DNA of 64,000 nt, taken from Burkholderiales bacterium. Its GTDB lineage: Bacteria; Pseudomonadota; Gammaproteobacteria; Burkholderiales; Usitatibacteraceae. Both the position numbers and the translations under genes were made by a program. Location: the NCBI GenBank assembly GCA_038236905.1, contig JBBRZG010000001.1, forward strand, positions 13,933 through 77,932, in the 5' to 3' direction. This document shows, piece after piece, positions 20,632 to 29,904 of the stretch; positions within the stretch are counted from its first letter, which is position 1; every line of letters starts with the position of its first letter. Below the pieces are notes generated by a model. That model was not told the origin of the DNA. It ran no database searches and saw nothing but the letters and a program-made list of their open reading frames with translations.

Positions 20632-21849
20632 CTATGTCGCCAGAGGAATTGTAATCGCGGCCACCATGCCGCTGGGCACATTGAGCGATAGCGATAGCGA
20701 CGCGGCCTCGCCGTAGGTCAGCTTCAACCGTTCACGCATATTCTTGAGCCCCAAACCGGTGCCGGAAGTGCCACCCTTTGGGCCTACACCATTGTCGGCA
20801 ACGCTTAAGGTGAGCGCATTCTTCGTTGAAGCCGCACATATTAGGATTGTGCCGCCTCCGAGCTTGGGCTCCAAACCGTGCTTAATCGCATTTTCAACAA
20901 GCGTTTGGACCATCATCGGTAAAAATGACACGTTGGCAAGCGCATCAGGCACGTCAATTTCGACATTTAATCGAGCCCCCATGCGAATTTTTAAAATTTC
21001 AAGATAAGCGCGGGATCGTTCAATTTCACGGCCTAGCGTCGAGAATAAACTAACATTCGGCGACGCACCCAGGTCAGCCGATTGCGGCAAAGCATTTCGC
21101 AAGTAGACAATCAGATTTCCCAACATTTCATCCGCGCGCTTCGGGTCGCTGCGCGTGAGCAATTGTGCGTTCGCCAACGTGTTGTATAAAAAATGCGGCT
21201 CGATCTGCGCCTGCAATTTTGCGAGCTTGGCATCGGTCAATGCACGATCCATCTCAGCACGTTCCTTGGCGATTCGCTGGTCGTCAAAACGTCGCGCGAT
21301 TTGTTCGTTCAAGCGGTTCACGATCACGCGGATATTCTGGCGGTTTTTACCAAAATCAAGCACCAGAAACAAATCACCGGGACGGCTTTCTACGCGAACA
21401 TATGACGCCGCCCGCCCGCGCGCGCCCACCACAATTTTAATTTTTTCGCCCCCTGATGCGAATGAAAAGTAGCCCGCGCCGCCGCCGCCGGTGGTGCCTT
21501 CAATGCGGCGCGCTTCGGTTGAAGTGCGGGTGGGGAAAAAGCCTGGCATGACTTGTACGGCCGCCGCACAAATGGCAAATGCCTCATCCGCGGGAATGCC
21601 CAACTCGAACGTGGCCTCATGGTGCGTGGAGGCATCGGCAAAGGTAAATGTCGGGTCGCGCAAACGCATTGCACTGCGATACCAAAACGCCGTAAATACC
21701 ATGAGGGAGGCACCCACAATACCGCCCGCTACAATGGCCAACGCCGATTGCTTGTAGCCCGTATAGACGGCCAGCCCGAACGTAAATCCGGGCACAATCC
21801 CAGTCATCGTGATAAAGCCTGAGTAGAGACGCCACGGTATGGATTTCAT
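20632..21849 (-). CDS. Sensor histidine kinase, LytS/AlgZ-type His_kinase + HATPase (pair 1)
   Basis: Two N-terminal TM helices. H-box QIEPHFLYNTLANAQ. HATPase N and G boxes (ENAIKHG, DNGVG, GTGLGLKN). Confidence 0.85.
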   Translation of the reverse strand: MKSIPWRLYSGFITMTGIVPGFTFGLAVYTGYKQSALAIVAGGIVGASLMVFTAFWYRSAMRLRDPTFTFADASTHHEATFELGIPADEAFAICAAAVQVMPGFFPTRTSTEARRIEGTTGGGGAGYFSFASGGEKIKIVVGARGRAASYVRVESRPGDLFLVLDFGKNRQNIRVIVNRLNEQIARRFDDQRIAKERAEMDRALTDAKLAKLQAQIEPHFLYNTLANAQLLTRSDPKRADEMLGNLIVYLRNALPQSADLGASPNVSLFSTLGREIERSRAYLEILKIRMGARLNVEIDVPDALANVSFLPMMVQTLVENAIKHGLEPKLGGGTILICAASTKNALTLSVADNGVGPKGGTSGTGLGLKNMRERLKLTYGEAASLSLSLNVPSGMVAAITIPLAT

Positions 21850-21957
21850 CTCACGCGCGTTTATTCGAATAGTTCATATACGTATTTTGCCGCGTTGTGA
21901 TGATTGCTGCCCGCGACGAATGACAAAACAAAAGAAAGCGTGACGAAAGCGGAAATA

Positions 21958-21980
21958 TGCGGCGCAGAACCCGCGCCGCA
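21958..21980 (-). terminator. GC hairpin between the two two-component operons
   Basis: TGCGGCGC-agaaccc-GCGCCGCA, about 170 nt downstream of the pair-2 response regulator stop. Weak U-tract. Confidence 0.35.
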
Positions 21981-22035
21981 AATGCATAACGCTGTAGCCT
22001 CATGCCTTAAATCAAAAATTAAAACTCATTTATTT

Positions 22036-22072
22036 GCGCGTTTTTCAGAGCAAAAATGGCTCGAAAAGCACG
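22036..22072 (+). repeat. Intergenic palindromic hairpin element, copy B
   Basis: GCGCGTTTTTCAGAGC-AAAAATG-GCTCGAAAAGCACG. Relative to copy A, the A-T pair in the stem is replaced by G-C (a compensatory change), and the bulged A is conserved. Confidence 0.6.
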
Positions 22073-22152
22073 TATATGCTGGGGTTTGAATTTCAGTTAA
22101 ATTCTTTTTGAATTTTCTAAGGCAGCAGTAGCGTCGCTTTTTTCATGCATCG

Positions 22153-22947
22153 TTACATCTGTTTGAATAAATGAGAAAACGGTCGGCTAACGGTCAGATT
22201 CTCTTTGCGCCCCTTTACTTTCACCGTGGCCTGGCCGCGAAAATCTCTCGTCACGCCATCGATCGCAGTGGCATTCACCACCGTGGAGCGATGGATTTGC
22301 CAAAATTGCTCTTGGTCTAAACCATCCAGCAGTTCCTTGATCGGCGTCTTAATCAGCGCATCAAAATCTTTGGTGGCGACTAGCGTGTACTTTTCGTCTG
22401 ATTGAAAGAACAAGACATCATCAATCGGGATAAGACGCAAATTTGAGCCGATATTGGCTTTGATCCATTTCAGTCGTTCCACTTGCGGATTGAGCTTTGC
22501 CGACAAATGAGAAATGAGCGCCTGCAGGTCTTGTGGCGGCGCCGCGGGAACTGCGTTCAGCCGACTTTTGAGGCGCGTCACGGCCACCGCCAGGCGGTCA
22601 TCAGTGTAGGGTTTCAGCACGTAATCGATGGCACCGGTGTTAAACGCATCGACCGCATATTGATCGAATGCGGTGACGAATACGATATGGCAGTTCACTT
22701 CTTTGCTTGCCGCGACATTTTTTGCCACCTCAACGCCGGTCATCTCCGGCATCTGAATATCCAGAAAGGCGAGCCGCGGCTGATGCTCAAAAATAGCTTC
22801 CAGTGCGGCTTCGCCATCGCCCACATCCGCCAGAATTTGCAGCTCGGGCCATAGCTTGCCGAGCTTCAATTTGAGCTGCGCGCGCAGGATCGGCTCGTCT
22901 TCGGCAATGATGGCGGTAATGGGGGTGTCAGTTTGCGGTGTTGTCAT
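22153..22947 (-). CDS. LytTR-family response regulator (pair 2)
   Basis: Paralog of 19771..20577. Receiver domain (IAEDEPILR...FLDIQMPEMTG) plus LytTR domain (FWQIHRSTVVNA). Confidence 0.88.
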   Translation of the reverse strand: MTTPQTDTPITAIIAEDEPILRAQLKLKLGKLWPELQILADVGDGEAALEAIFEHQPRLAFLDIQMPEMTGVEVAKNVAASKEVNCHIVFVTAFDQYAVDAFNTGAIDYVLKPYTDDRLAVAVTRLKSRLNAVPAAPPQDLQALISHLSAKLNPQVERLKWIKANIGSNLRLIPIDDVLFFQSDEKYTLVATKDFDALIKTPIKELLDGLDQEQFWQIHRSTVVNATAIDGVTRDFRGQATVKVKGRKENLTVSRPFSHLFKQM

Positions 22948-22983
22948 TTTTTTACCAATGGATGAAGTAACTTAGATTGTCCC

Positions 22984-25302
22984 TTAATTTGGCGGCGTGA
23001 TGTCTTTGCCAACTTCGTCGGCTTTTACCGCTGGGCTGACGTTGGCTATGGCATTGGGCAAGTTTTTGGGCGTGGTTTTGGGTGAGGTCTTGGGTGAGGT
23101 CTTGGGTTTACGCCGCCAAAACCACCAGTAAATAATCAAACCGAACAGTACAAATGGCGAGAGTGCTGGGAATACTGAAATAAGGATCATCAGCGGTATG
23201 AAAACCAGCAGCCCCGCCGCCAAAACGCCCAGCCCGTAAATAATCGCCACCACCAACAAGGCCACCAGCGCCAGCAGCCCAAACACAAATAGAAGCAGCA
23301 CCGAGCCCACCGCCATGCCTTCCACACCACTTAAAGGCAAGGTGCCACCTCCAATTGACAGCGGCATCCAGCCCGCCGCCATTGCCGCGAGTGCGAGCCC
23401 AAACATAATCGCCAGCGCAGCCATGATGCCGATGAAGGTAAACGACATGGCTCGCGCCCATACGCTATGGGTGGTGCCGACGGCGCTCATGGTACGGCCG
23501 GCCCAGCCTTTGCTCGCAGCTTTGCCGTTTGCGTTCATATTGTTCGCTGCGTCAGCGCCCGCTTTGGTCGAGGGTATTGCTCCGGTTGCGGAAAAGCGCA
23601 TCATCGCCTCCGCCGGGATTTCGATCGTGGCGATCACGCCTCTGGGCTCATTTGATTCGAGCGACAGCCTCGCCGTTTCGCCGTAAAGCGCCAACAATCG
23701 TTCGCGAATATTCGACAGCCCGACGCCGCCACCGGTTTCGACGGTGGCACTGGTGGTGCCGTTCGCCGACAAGCCGCGCCCCGTATCTTTAACCACTATG
23801 CGAAACCGTTCCCCGACTTTTTCCGCGATGACATCAATACGTCCGCCTTCCCGCACAGGTTCGAGACCGTGCTTGACGGCGTTTTCGACCAACGAAGGCA
23901 ACATCAATGGCGGGAACGGTACATTGCTTAATTCATCGGGAACAAGAATAGCAAAATCGAGCCGTTCGCCCATGCGCATCTTGAGGATATTCAGATATGC
24001 CTTGGCCAGCTCGACTTCCTGGCCCACGGTGGAAGAGGTCTCGCGCATTTTAGGCAGCGCTGCGCGCAGATACTCGATCAAATGCCCCACCATTTTGTTT
24101 GCGGCAGGAGGATCAACTTCGGTCAAAGCCTGAACATTGGCAAGCGTGTTGTAAAGGAAATGCGGCTCAACCTGCGCTTGGAGCGCTTGCAGGCGGGCTT
24201 CCATCAATTGACGGCTGGCTGACTGGGTCTCCGCTACTTTTTTCTGGCGCTCGCCAAACGCTAGGGCGCGGCGTGAGCGGTCGATCAAAAACTTGGCAAT
24301 CAGCGTCATAAAAAACACGGGAATGAACGCCAGAATCAATGCGCTGCCCAAACCAATTCGCTTCACATCTTGCGCAACTTTCGCATGAATGTCCTGCCGA
24401 AGCTCGACTGGCAGAGGCGAGAACGCGGGTGGGACGGGTGGGGCAGGTAGCGCGGGCGAGGCGGGTTGTGCGGGTTCTGCTGCCGGAGCGGGTGGTGCGG
24501 GAGGCAGCGGTGGCGAGTCGCCCGCCGTAGCACCATTCTTCAGTCCCTCCTTCACGCCGGCTTTTATCGCCGCTTTTAGTTTTTGTTTGGCGTCTTCGCC
24601 GCCGCTGATCTGGAACTTTGTACCGTTAATGTCAAAGTCCAAATGAAGATTTTGTTTTGCCGCTTCTGTCTGCGCGGTCTGCGATTCCTTAAGCGCTTCT
24701 ATCGATTTTTTCGCCGCTTCTTGCTGTAGCTTGACCGCATTCAATTGCTCATCAAGTGACTTCAACGCTTCAGGCGCCGAGATGCCTGCTGACTTTAGTG
24801 ATTTCTCTACATCCGCGCGCGCCTCTTCAATCGCTTCGCGCCGCTCATTCGCACTTTCGAGCATGGCTTCCGCAGCGGTTTGCGCGGCCTCAATTGCCAT
24901 CGCCGCAGTATTCTTCGCCGCCTCCCTCGCGGCGGCACTCGCCTCTTTGGTGGCATCACTGACCGCTTTCTTGATTTCATCCTGGGCATTAAAAATTTCC
25001 TTGCGTGCCTCGGCAATGCCTTCTTGCGCCAGATCAAGCTCGCGGCGGCGAGCAGGGTCATTGGTTCGCTCACGCATCGCCGACACCACGCCTTCAGCCA
25101 GGCCCAAAGCGGAATCGCCGAATGCGGAGTCAATTTCACGTTTAATAGCGCGGTTCATTTCGGGGGTTTCACCGCTGCTCGATAAGCGAATAACCTGAGC
25201 AGGCAAGGTAAAAATACCGAGCAAAATCAGGGTGAGCAAGCCTATAAGAAGCATCGCCCACCAGGGCGTGCGATGAAGGAAATTTCCAAAAGCTTTAAAC
25301 AT
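22984..25302 (-). CDS. Sensor histidine kinase, LytS/AlgZ-type core, with Ala-rich coiled-coil ectodomain and C-terminal membrane domain (pair 2)
   Basis: Within ORF 22984..25359 (ATG at 25302). Order is TM, Ala/Glu/Lys-rich repeats, Pro-rich PPLPPAPPAPAAEPAQPA, TM, H-box QVEPHFLYNTLANVQ, HATPase, then about 190 extra aa with about 4 TM helices and a KPKTSPKTSPKTTPK tail. Confidence 0.8.
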   Translation of the reverse strand: MFKAFGNFLHRTPWWAMLLIGLLTLILLGIFTLPAQVIRLSSSGETPEMNRAIKREIDSAFGDSALGLAEGVVSAMRERTNDPARRRELDLAQEGIAEARKEIFNAQDEIKKAVSDATKEASAAAREAAKNTAAMAIEAAQTAAEAMLESANERREAIEEARADVEKSLKSAGISAPEALKSLDEQLNAVKLQQEAAKKSIEALKESQTAQTEAAKQNLHLDFDINGTKFQISGGEDAKQKLKAAIKAGVKEGLKNGATAGDSPPLPPAPPAPAAEPAQPASPALPAPPVPPAFSPLPVELRQDIHAKVAQDVKRIGLGSALILAFIPVFFMTLIAKFLIDRSRRALAFGERQKKVAETQSASRQLMEARLQALQAQVEPHFLYNTLANVQALTEVDPPAANKMVGHLIEYLRAALPKMRETSSTVGQEVELAKAYLNILKMRMGERLDFAILVPDELSNVPFPPLMLPSLVENAVKHGLEPVREGGRIDVIAEKVGERFRIVVKDTGRGLSANGTTSATVETGGGVGLSNIRERLLALYGETARLSLESNEPRGVIATIEIPAEAMMRFSATGAIPSTKAGADAANNMNANGKAASKGWAGRTMSAVGTTHSVWARAMSFTFIGIMAALAIMFGLALAAMAAGWMPLSIGGGTLPLSGVEGMAVGSVLLLFVFGLLALVALLVVAIIYGLGVLAAGLLVFIPLMILISVFPALSPFVLFGLIIYWWFWRRKPKTSPKTSPKTTPKNLPNAIANVSPAVKADEVGKDITPPN

Positions 25303-25500
25303 AACGAACCCGTTTTTTGAAATTACGCGACATGGGCAACTAGCAAACCCACCGCGCACATTGACAGGTTAGGGCTCTGGCACTGACCACTCAACGGCTA
25401 ACCGTTGAATTACAGAATTCGAGGGCTAGTTTGCGGATGGGATGGATACCCAACGCAAATGCTTAGTCCGGATCGGCGTTGAGGCCCAAGCCAGCCCGCA

Positions 25501-27018
25501 TCAGGCTTGTTCGGCCGCATGCACCGAGCTTTTTCCGGGGCGAGTAGCGCCATGGGTTGGGTGCAAGTGGGCAGCTTGGGAATGGCCGCCTACGGCATGC
25601 GCATGGTGCTCGTGGGGTTTGGAAAGTAGTGAGCCGCCGATCATTCCAAGCCCAGCCATCAACACGCCTGCGAGCTGGGCGGGAAATGATGCGCCCAGCG
25701 GCGTCGCCAAAAACATGATCCAGGTGAGGATGCCGAAAACGATCGAGGCAATCGCCCCGTATCGGGTTGCGCGCTTCCAGTACAGACCGCATACCAGCGG
25801 TACGAACGCGCCAACCAACGTGACCTGATACGCGCCAGATACCATCTCATAAATGGGCGTGCCTTTCATCACCATGGCGTAGGCCAGCACGCAAGCCGTG
25901 AAAATAAACAGGGTGACCCGAAACGCAAAAAGCTCTTGCTTGTCGGTCAGGCCAGGGCGGAGATTCTTGTAGATATTTTCAACAAAACTGGTGGATGGTG
26001 CCAACAGCGTCGCCGATGCAGTCGACTTAATGGCCGACAAAAGCGCGCCAAAAAATAACACCTGCGCCGCAAACGGCATGAATTTCAGAACCAGCGTTGG
26101 CAATACGCGCTGCGGATCATTGGCCAGCAAATCTTTAGTCTCAGCGGGCATGATCAGCACGGCGCAGGCCACGATAAACATGGGAACAAACGCAAACGCC
26201 AAGTAGCACAAACCGCCAATAACCGCGCCCCGCTGGGCGGTTTTAGAGTTCTTAGCTGACATCACCCGCTGGAAAATATCTTGCTGCGGAATCGAGCCGA
26301 GCATCATCGTGATGGCCGCTGCAATAAAAAAAATAACGTCATGAAATTTTGGCTCGGGGAAAAACTTGAACCAGTCATTGGTTTGAGCCAAGGCCAATAC
26401 TTTGTTCGGACCGCCAGCAAGATCGCCTGCCATCACCGCGATGATGGACAACCCCACCACCAATACGATTACTTGAATAAAATCAGTCCATGCAATCGCC
26501 AACATGCCGCCAAAAATGACATAAACCAGCACCGACAGCGTGCCAATCAGCATGCCCATGTCCACGCTGATGGCACCATTGCTGACAATATTAAACACCA
26601 GGCCTAAGGCCGTTACTTGGGCGGCAACCCAACCAAGGTACGAGAAAATGATGGCAACCGAGCAAAATATTTCGACGGTTTTACCGTAGCGTTTGCGATA
26701 AAAATCGCCAATGGTCAAAAGCGTCATGCGATAGAGCTTGGCGGCAAAAAATACTCCTACCAAGACCAGGCACATTGATGCGCCGAATGGATCTTCAACG
26801 ACGTTGTTAAGCCCGCCCTGAACAAACTTGGCGCTGATACCTAATACTGTTTCGGCACCAAACCATGTCGCAAAGGTAGTGGTAATAATCATTGCCAGCG
26901 GCAAGCTGCGTCCGGCGAGAGCGAAGTCAGTCGAGGTTTTTACACGAGTTGCTGCGAACAAGCCGATGGCCAGCGTGCCTAACAAATAGACCACCACGAA
27001 ACCGAGGAGCGCATTCAT
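25501..27018 (-). CDS. Sodium:solute symporter (SSS family)
   Basis: Within ORF 25501..27075 (ATG at 27018). About 13 TM helices with an SSS-like N-terminus (DFALAGRSLPL). His-rich C-terminal tail. Confidence 0.8.
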   Translation of the reverse strand: MNALLGFVVVYLLGTLAIGLFAATRVKTSTDFALAGRSLPLAMIITTTFATWFGAETVLGISAKFVQGGLNNVVEDPFGASMCLVLVGVFFAAKLYRMTLLTIGDFYRKRYGKTVEIFCSVAIIFSYLGWVAAQVTALGLVFNIVSNGAISVDMGMLIGTLSVLVYVIFGGMLAIAWTDFIQVIVLVVGLSIIAVMAGDLAGGPNKVLALAQTNDWFKFFPEPKFHDVIFFIAAAITMMLGSIPQQDIFQRVMSAKNSKTAQRGAVIGGLCYLAFAFVPMFIVACAVLIMPAETKDLLANDPQRVLPTLVLKFMPFAAQVLFFGALLSAIKSTASATLLAPSTSFVENIYKNLRPGLTDKQELFAFRVTLFIFTACVLAYAMVMKGTPIYEMVSGAYQVTLVGAFVPLVCGLYWKRATRYGAIASIVFGILTWIMFLATPLGASFPAQLAGVLMAGLGMIGGSLLSKPHEHHAHAVGGHSQAAHLHPTHGATRPGKSSVHAAEQA

Positions 27019-27251
27019 TGCCGTGTGTCCTTTTACCAGAGAGATTGGTCCGCCGCGCCACGCGAGAAAACGCACGCCAGCGAAAATTCATATGTTGCGA
27101 AAGTGTAGCAAAACAGGGGCCTGCGTGAAAATGAGTAAACCCAAAAACATATTGAAATATGCCAGCCAGCGCGGCCAGCAATCCCCAAAACACCAGCCCC
27201 AAATAACGATAGAAAGATGGCCGCGGGGTAGAAACGAGGATTTTGAGCCGG

Positions 27252-27282
27252 TTTGCTGCGCCGCATCGTCAAACGCAGCAAA
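27252..27282 (-). terminator. 9-bp stem hairpin just downstream of ubiB
   Basis: TTTGCTGCG-13 nt-CGCAGCAAA, 15 nt after the ubiB stop. No clear U-tract. Confidence 0.3.
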
Positions 27283-27296
27283 ATTTCAACAAGCCC

Positions 27297-28832
27297 CTAA
27301 AATACCAGTACCAGATAAAGGTAGCCGCCGATCACCGCCACCAGTGCAGCCACCAACGAAATCAACACATAAGTCTGCCAGCGCTGCGTTTGCTCAACGC
27401 GGACAATTGCACGCTCGATTGCAGCCAGCTTCTCGCTCGGGTTTGCGTCAAGCGCCCGGTGTACCAGCCGCGGCAGCTGTGGCAGACTGCTGATCCAAAG
27501 CGGGCCTTCTTTGCGCAGTTGTTTGAGCAAGCCTCGCGGTCCAATTTGTTCAGACAGCCAGCGCTTCAAAATCGGTTGCGCAATGGGGCGAAGATCGAGT
27601 TCCGGATAAAGCTGCCGTCCTAATCCTTCGACTTGCAGTAGTGTTTTTTGCAGTAAAACCAGTTGCGGTTGAATTTCCATCTGAAAGCGCCTGGAAACCT
27701 CAAACAGCCGCAGCAACACTTTGCCAAACGAAATTTCGTTCAGTGGCTTATCAAAAATCGGTTCACATACGCTGCGAATGGCACCCTCAAACTCATCGAC
27801 TCGCGTGTTCGCGGGAACCCAACCTGCTTCGATATGCGCCACGGCGACGGCGTTGTAATCCCGGTTAAAGAAGGCCGCGAAATTGCGCGCCAGATAATTT
27901 TTGTCTTCGTCCGAGAGCGTTCCCATGATGCCAAAATCAACACCGGAATAAATGCCGTTTTTGCCGACAAAAATATTGCCGGGATGCATGTCAGCGTGGA
28001 AGAAACCATCACGAAACACTTGGGTGAAGAAAATCTTGACACCATCTGCCGCCAATCTCGCCACATCAATGTTGTAGGCCTTGATCTGCGCCAAATCGTT
28101 AACCGGAATTGCATCTATTCGTTCCAACACCAACACTTCGCGATGCGTGTAGTCAAAATAAACTTCCGGCACATAAAGTAATGTACCGTCGGCAAAATTG
28201 CGCCGCAACGTGGATGCATTCGATGCTTCTCGCACCAGATCAAGCTCGTCGTGAATGGTTTTGTCGAACTCGCTCACCACCTCGGTTGGCCGCAGGCGCT
28301 CGCCATCTTTAAATACAGCCTTGACGAAATCAGCCACCACGTAAAGCAGCTGAACGTCGCCATTGATGGCATCCAGGATATCGGGTCGCAGGATTTTTAC
28401 GGCCACCTCGCGGCCAGCCAACTTGCCTTCCGCGATCACAGCAAAGTGCACCTGCGCGATCGACGCGCTGGCAATAGGCTTGAGGTCGAATGAAGAGAAC
28501 ACCTCCGTGTAGGGTCGCCCATACACCCGGTTCAACGTTGCCACTACCGCATCTGAGGCGAACGGTGGAACGTTATCTTGCAGGTGCGCAAGCTCCTGTG
28601 AAATATCCGGGGGCACCAAATCCGGCCGCGTCGAAAGTATCTGCCCGAACTTGATGAAGGTTGGCCCCAAACTTTCGAGTGCGAGGCGCAACCTGACGGC
28701 ACGCGACTCTGAAAATGATCGAAAAAAGAAGATGCCGCCAAATATCGAGCGCGCGAGTCCGTTCGGCAAATATTCATCGAGGCCGAAACGGGTCACAACA
28801 GAGAGGATTTTTATGAGGCGGAAAAGACGCAT
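27297..28832 (-). CDS. ubiB: Ubiquinone biosynthesis kinase-like protein UbiB (ABC1/ADCK family)
   Basis: Within ORF 27297..28931 (ATG at 28832, MRLFRLIKIL). Motifs ASIAQVH, HADMHPGNIFV and DFGIMG. Two C-terminal TM helices. Confidence 0.92.
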   Translation of the reverse strand: MRLFRLIKILSVVTRFGLDEYLPNGLARSIFGGIFFFRSFSESRAVRLRLALESLGPTFIKFGQILSTRPDLVPPDISQELAHLQDNVPPFASDAVVATLNRVYGRPYTEVFSSFDLKPIASASIAQVHFAVIAEGKLAGREVAVKILRPDILDAINGDVQLLYVVADFVKAVFKDGERLRPTEVVSEFDKTIHDELDLVREASNASTLRRNFADGTLLYVPEVYFDYTHREVLVLERIDAIPVNDLAQIKAYNIDVARLAADGVKIFFTQVFRDGFFHADMHPGNIFVGKNGIYSGVDFGIMGTLSDEDKNYLARNFAAFFNRDYNAVAVAHIEAGWVPANTRVDEFEGAIRSVCEPIFDKPLNEISFGKVLLRLFEVSRRFQMEIQPQLVLLQKTLLQVEGLGRQLYPELDLRPIAQPILKRWLSEQIGPRGLLKQLRKEGPLWISSLPQLPRLVHRALDANPSEKLAAIERAIVRVEQTQRWQTYVLISLVAALVAVIGGYLYLVLVF

Positions 28833-28946
28833 GGTGCGCGATTTTACCTTCGATTTAACCCGGTCATTCGCACAATCTTGAACAATCTTTAGACTAAAAA
28901 TAGTGCCGTATCGCCGCGGGCCTATATTCAAGCACCATCTGAGACG

Positions 28947-29420
28947 CTAAACGAGTCGCTCCAAATCGATCATCACAATCGCCGCCTGACCAAGCCAATC
29001 GATGGTGATGACGAACGGTCGGGCGCGTACTGCCGCACGAATACTCTCGGTTGGCCCGTGTATGGTTACCGGAACCGAAATTTCCAGCGTCGCACCAAAG
29101 TGCTTGCGAGCATTCCCTGAAATTGTGTTTGCCACTTCGCCTACTGCGTCTAACAAATTCGATTCCGAGTGGTCGTTCTCGCCCATGCACACCAGCAGTC
29201 TTCTGAGCAGCACCTGGCGGCAGCTGAAGTAAACGCACCCACGATAGTTGCCGCTGATAGTGATGAGCCCTGTGTAATCATAGGACTGCGGCACGCTTAA
29301 ATCTGTGCCGAGATAAGCCGAGCGCACTTGCGCGGGCTCGCCTGCAAGAGCCTGAAAATATTCCGTGACGGCGGTGATGAATACGCGCAGTTCACCCTCG
29401 TTGATATCTTTGTTGTTCAA
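28947..29420 (-). CDS. CheX-like chemotaxis phosphatase-domain protein
   Basis: 157 aa. Resembles CheX/CheC-like folds (GLITISGNYRGCVYF...EVANTISGNARK). Directly downstream of a CheY-like gene. Confidence 0.6.
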   Translation of the reverse strand: MNNKDINEGELRVFITAVTEYFQALAGEPAQVRSAYLGTDLSVPQSYDYTGLITISGNYRGCVYFSCRQVLLRRLLVCMGENDHSESNLLDAVGEVANTISGNARKHFGATLEISVPVTIHGPTESIRAAVRARPFVITIDWLGQAAIVMIDLERLV

Positions 29421-29438
29421 CGTCTGCTCCTTCGATTG

Positions 29439-29816
29439 CTACTCGTCATTACTGATCACTTCTTTAAGCGCGGCGATCAATTGCTTTTCCGTAAAAGGCT
29501 TGTTTAAGAAGCCGCGAGCACCTTTGCGTAGCGCAGAAATTGCGGTCGTTTTATCAGCCAACGCAGAGATCACCAAAATCGGTACATCAGGATTAATAGC
29601 AATGATTTCTTCAATGCATTTGACGCCATCCATATTGGGCATCGTCAAGTCCATCGTCACCACATCAGGCTGATGCGCCTTGAACATCATCACCGCTTGA
29701 GCGCCGTCGCGCGCCAGCCCTACGATCTGCGCGCCCGGCAAGGTGCCCGCCAGCACGATCCGCATTATTCGTGATCGAATAATGTTGGAATCATCCACAA
29801 TCAACAGGCGCATCAT
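29439..29816 (-). CDS. Single-domain CheY-like response regulator
   Basis: 125 aa receiver only. LIVDDS, phospho-acceptor context VVTMDLTMPNMDG, and conserved K in LNKPF. Confidence 0.9.
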   Translation of the reverse strand: MMRLLIVDDSNIIRSRIMRIVLAGTLPGAQIVGLARDGAQAVMMFKAHQPDVVTMDLTMPNMDGVKCIEEIIAINPDVPILVISALADKTTAISALRKGARGFLNKPFTEKQLIAALKEVISNDE

Positions 29817-29904
29817 TTATTTACATCAACTTTCGCATTGTTGGTTTGCGGCATGTGTTGCTTCTAAATAAACCGAAAGCTGAACTAACTACAAACACTT
29901 TAAG

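Noticed and set aside
25391-25408. Perfect 7-bp hairpin TCAACGG-ctaa-CCGTTGA between the symporter and kinase 2 as a terminator.
   Set aside because: There is no U-tract on either strand, and a stem this short is not distinguishable from chance. It could still be an operator, but that is unsupported.
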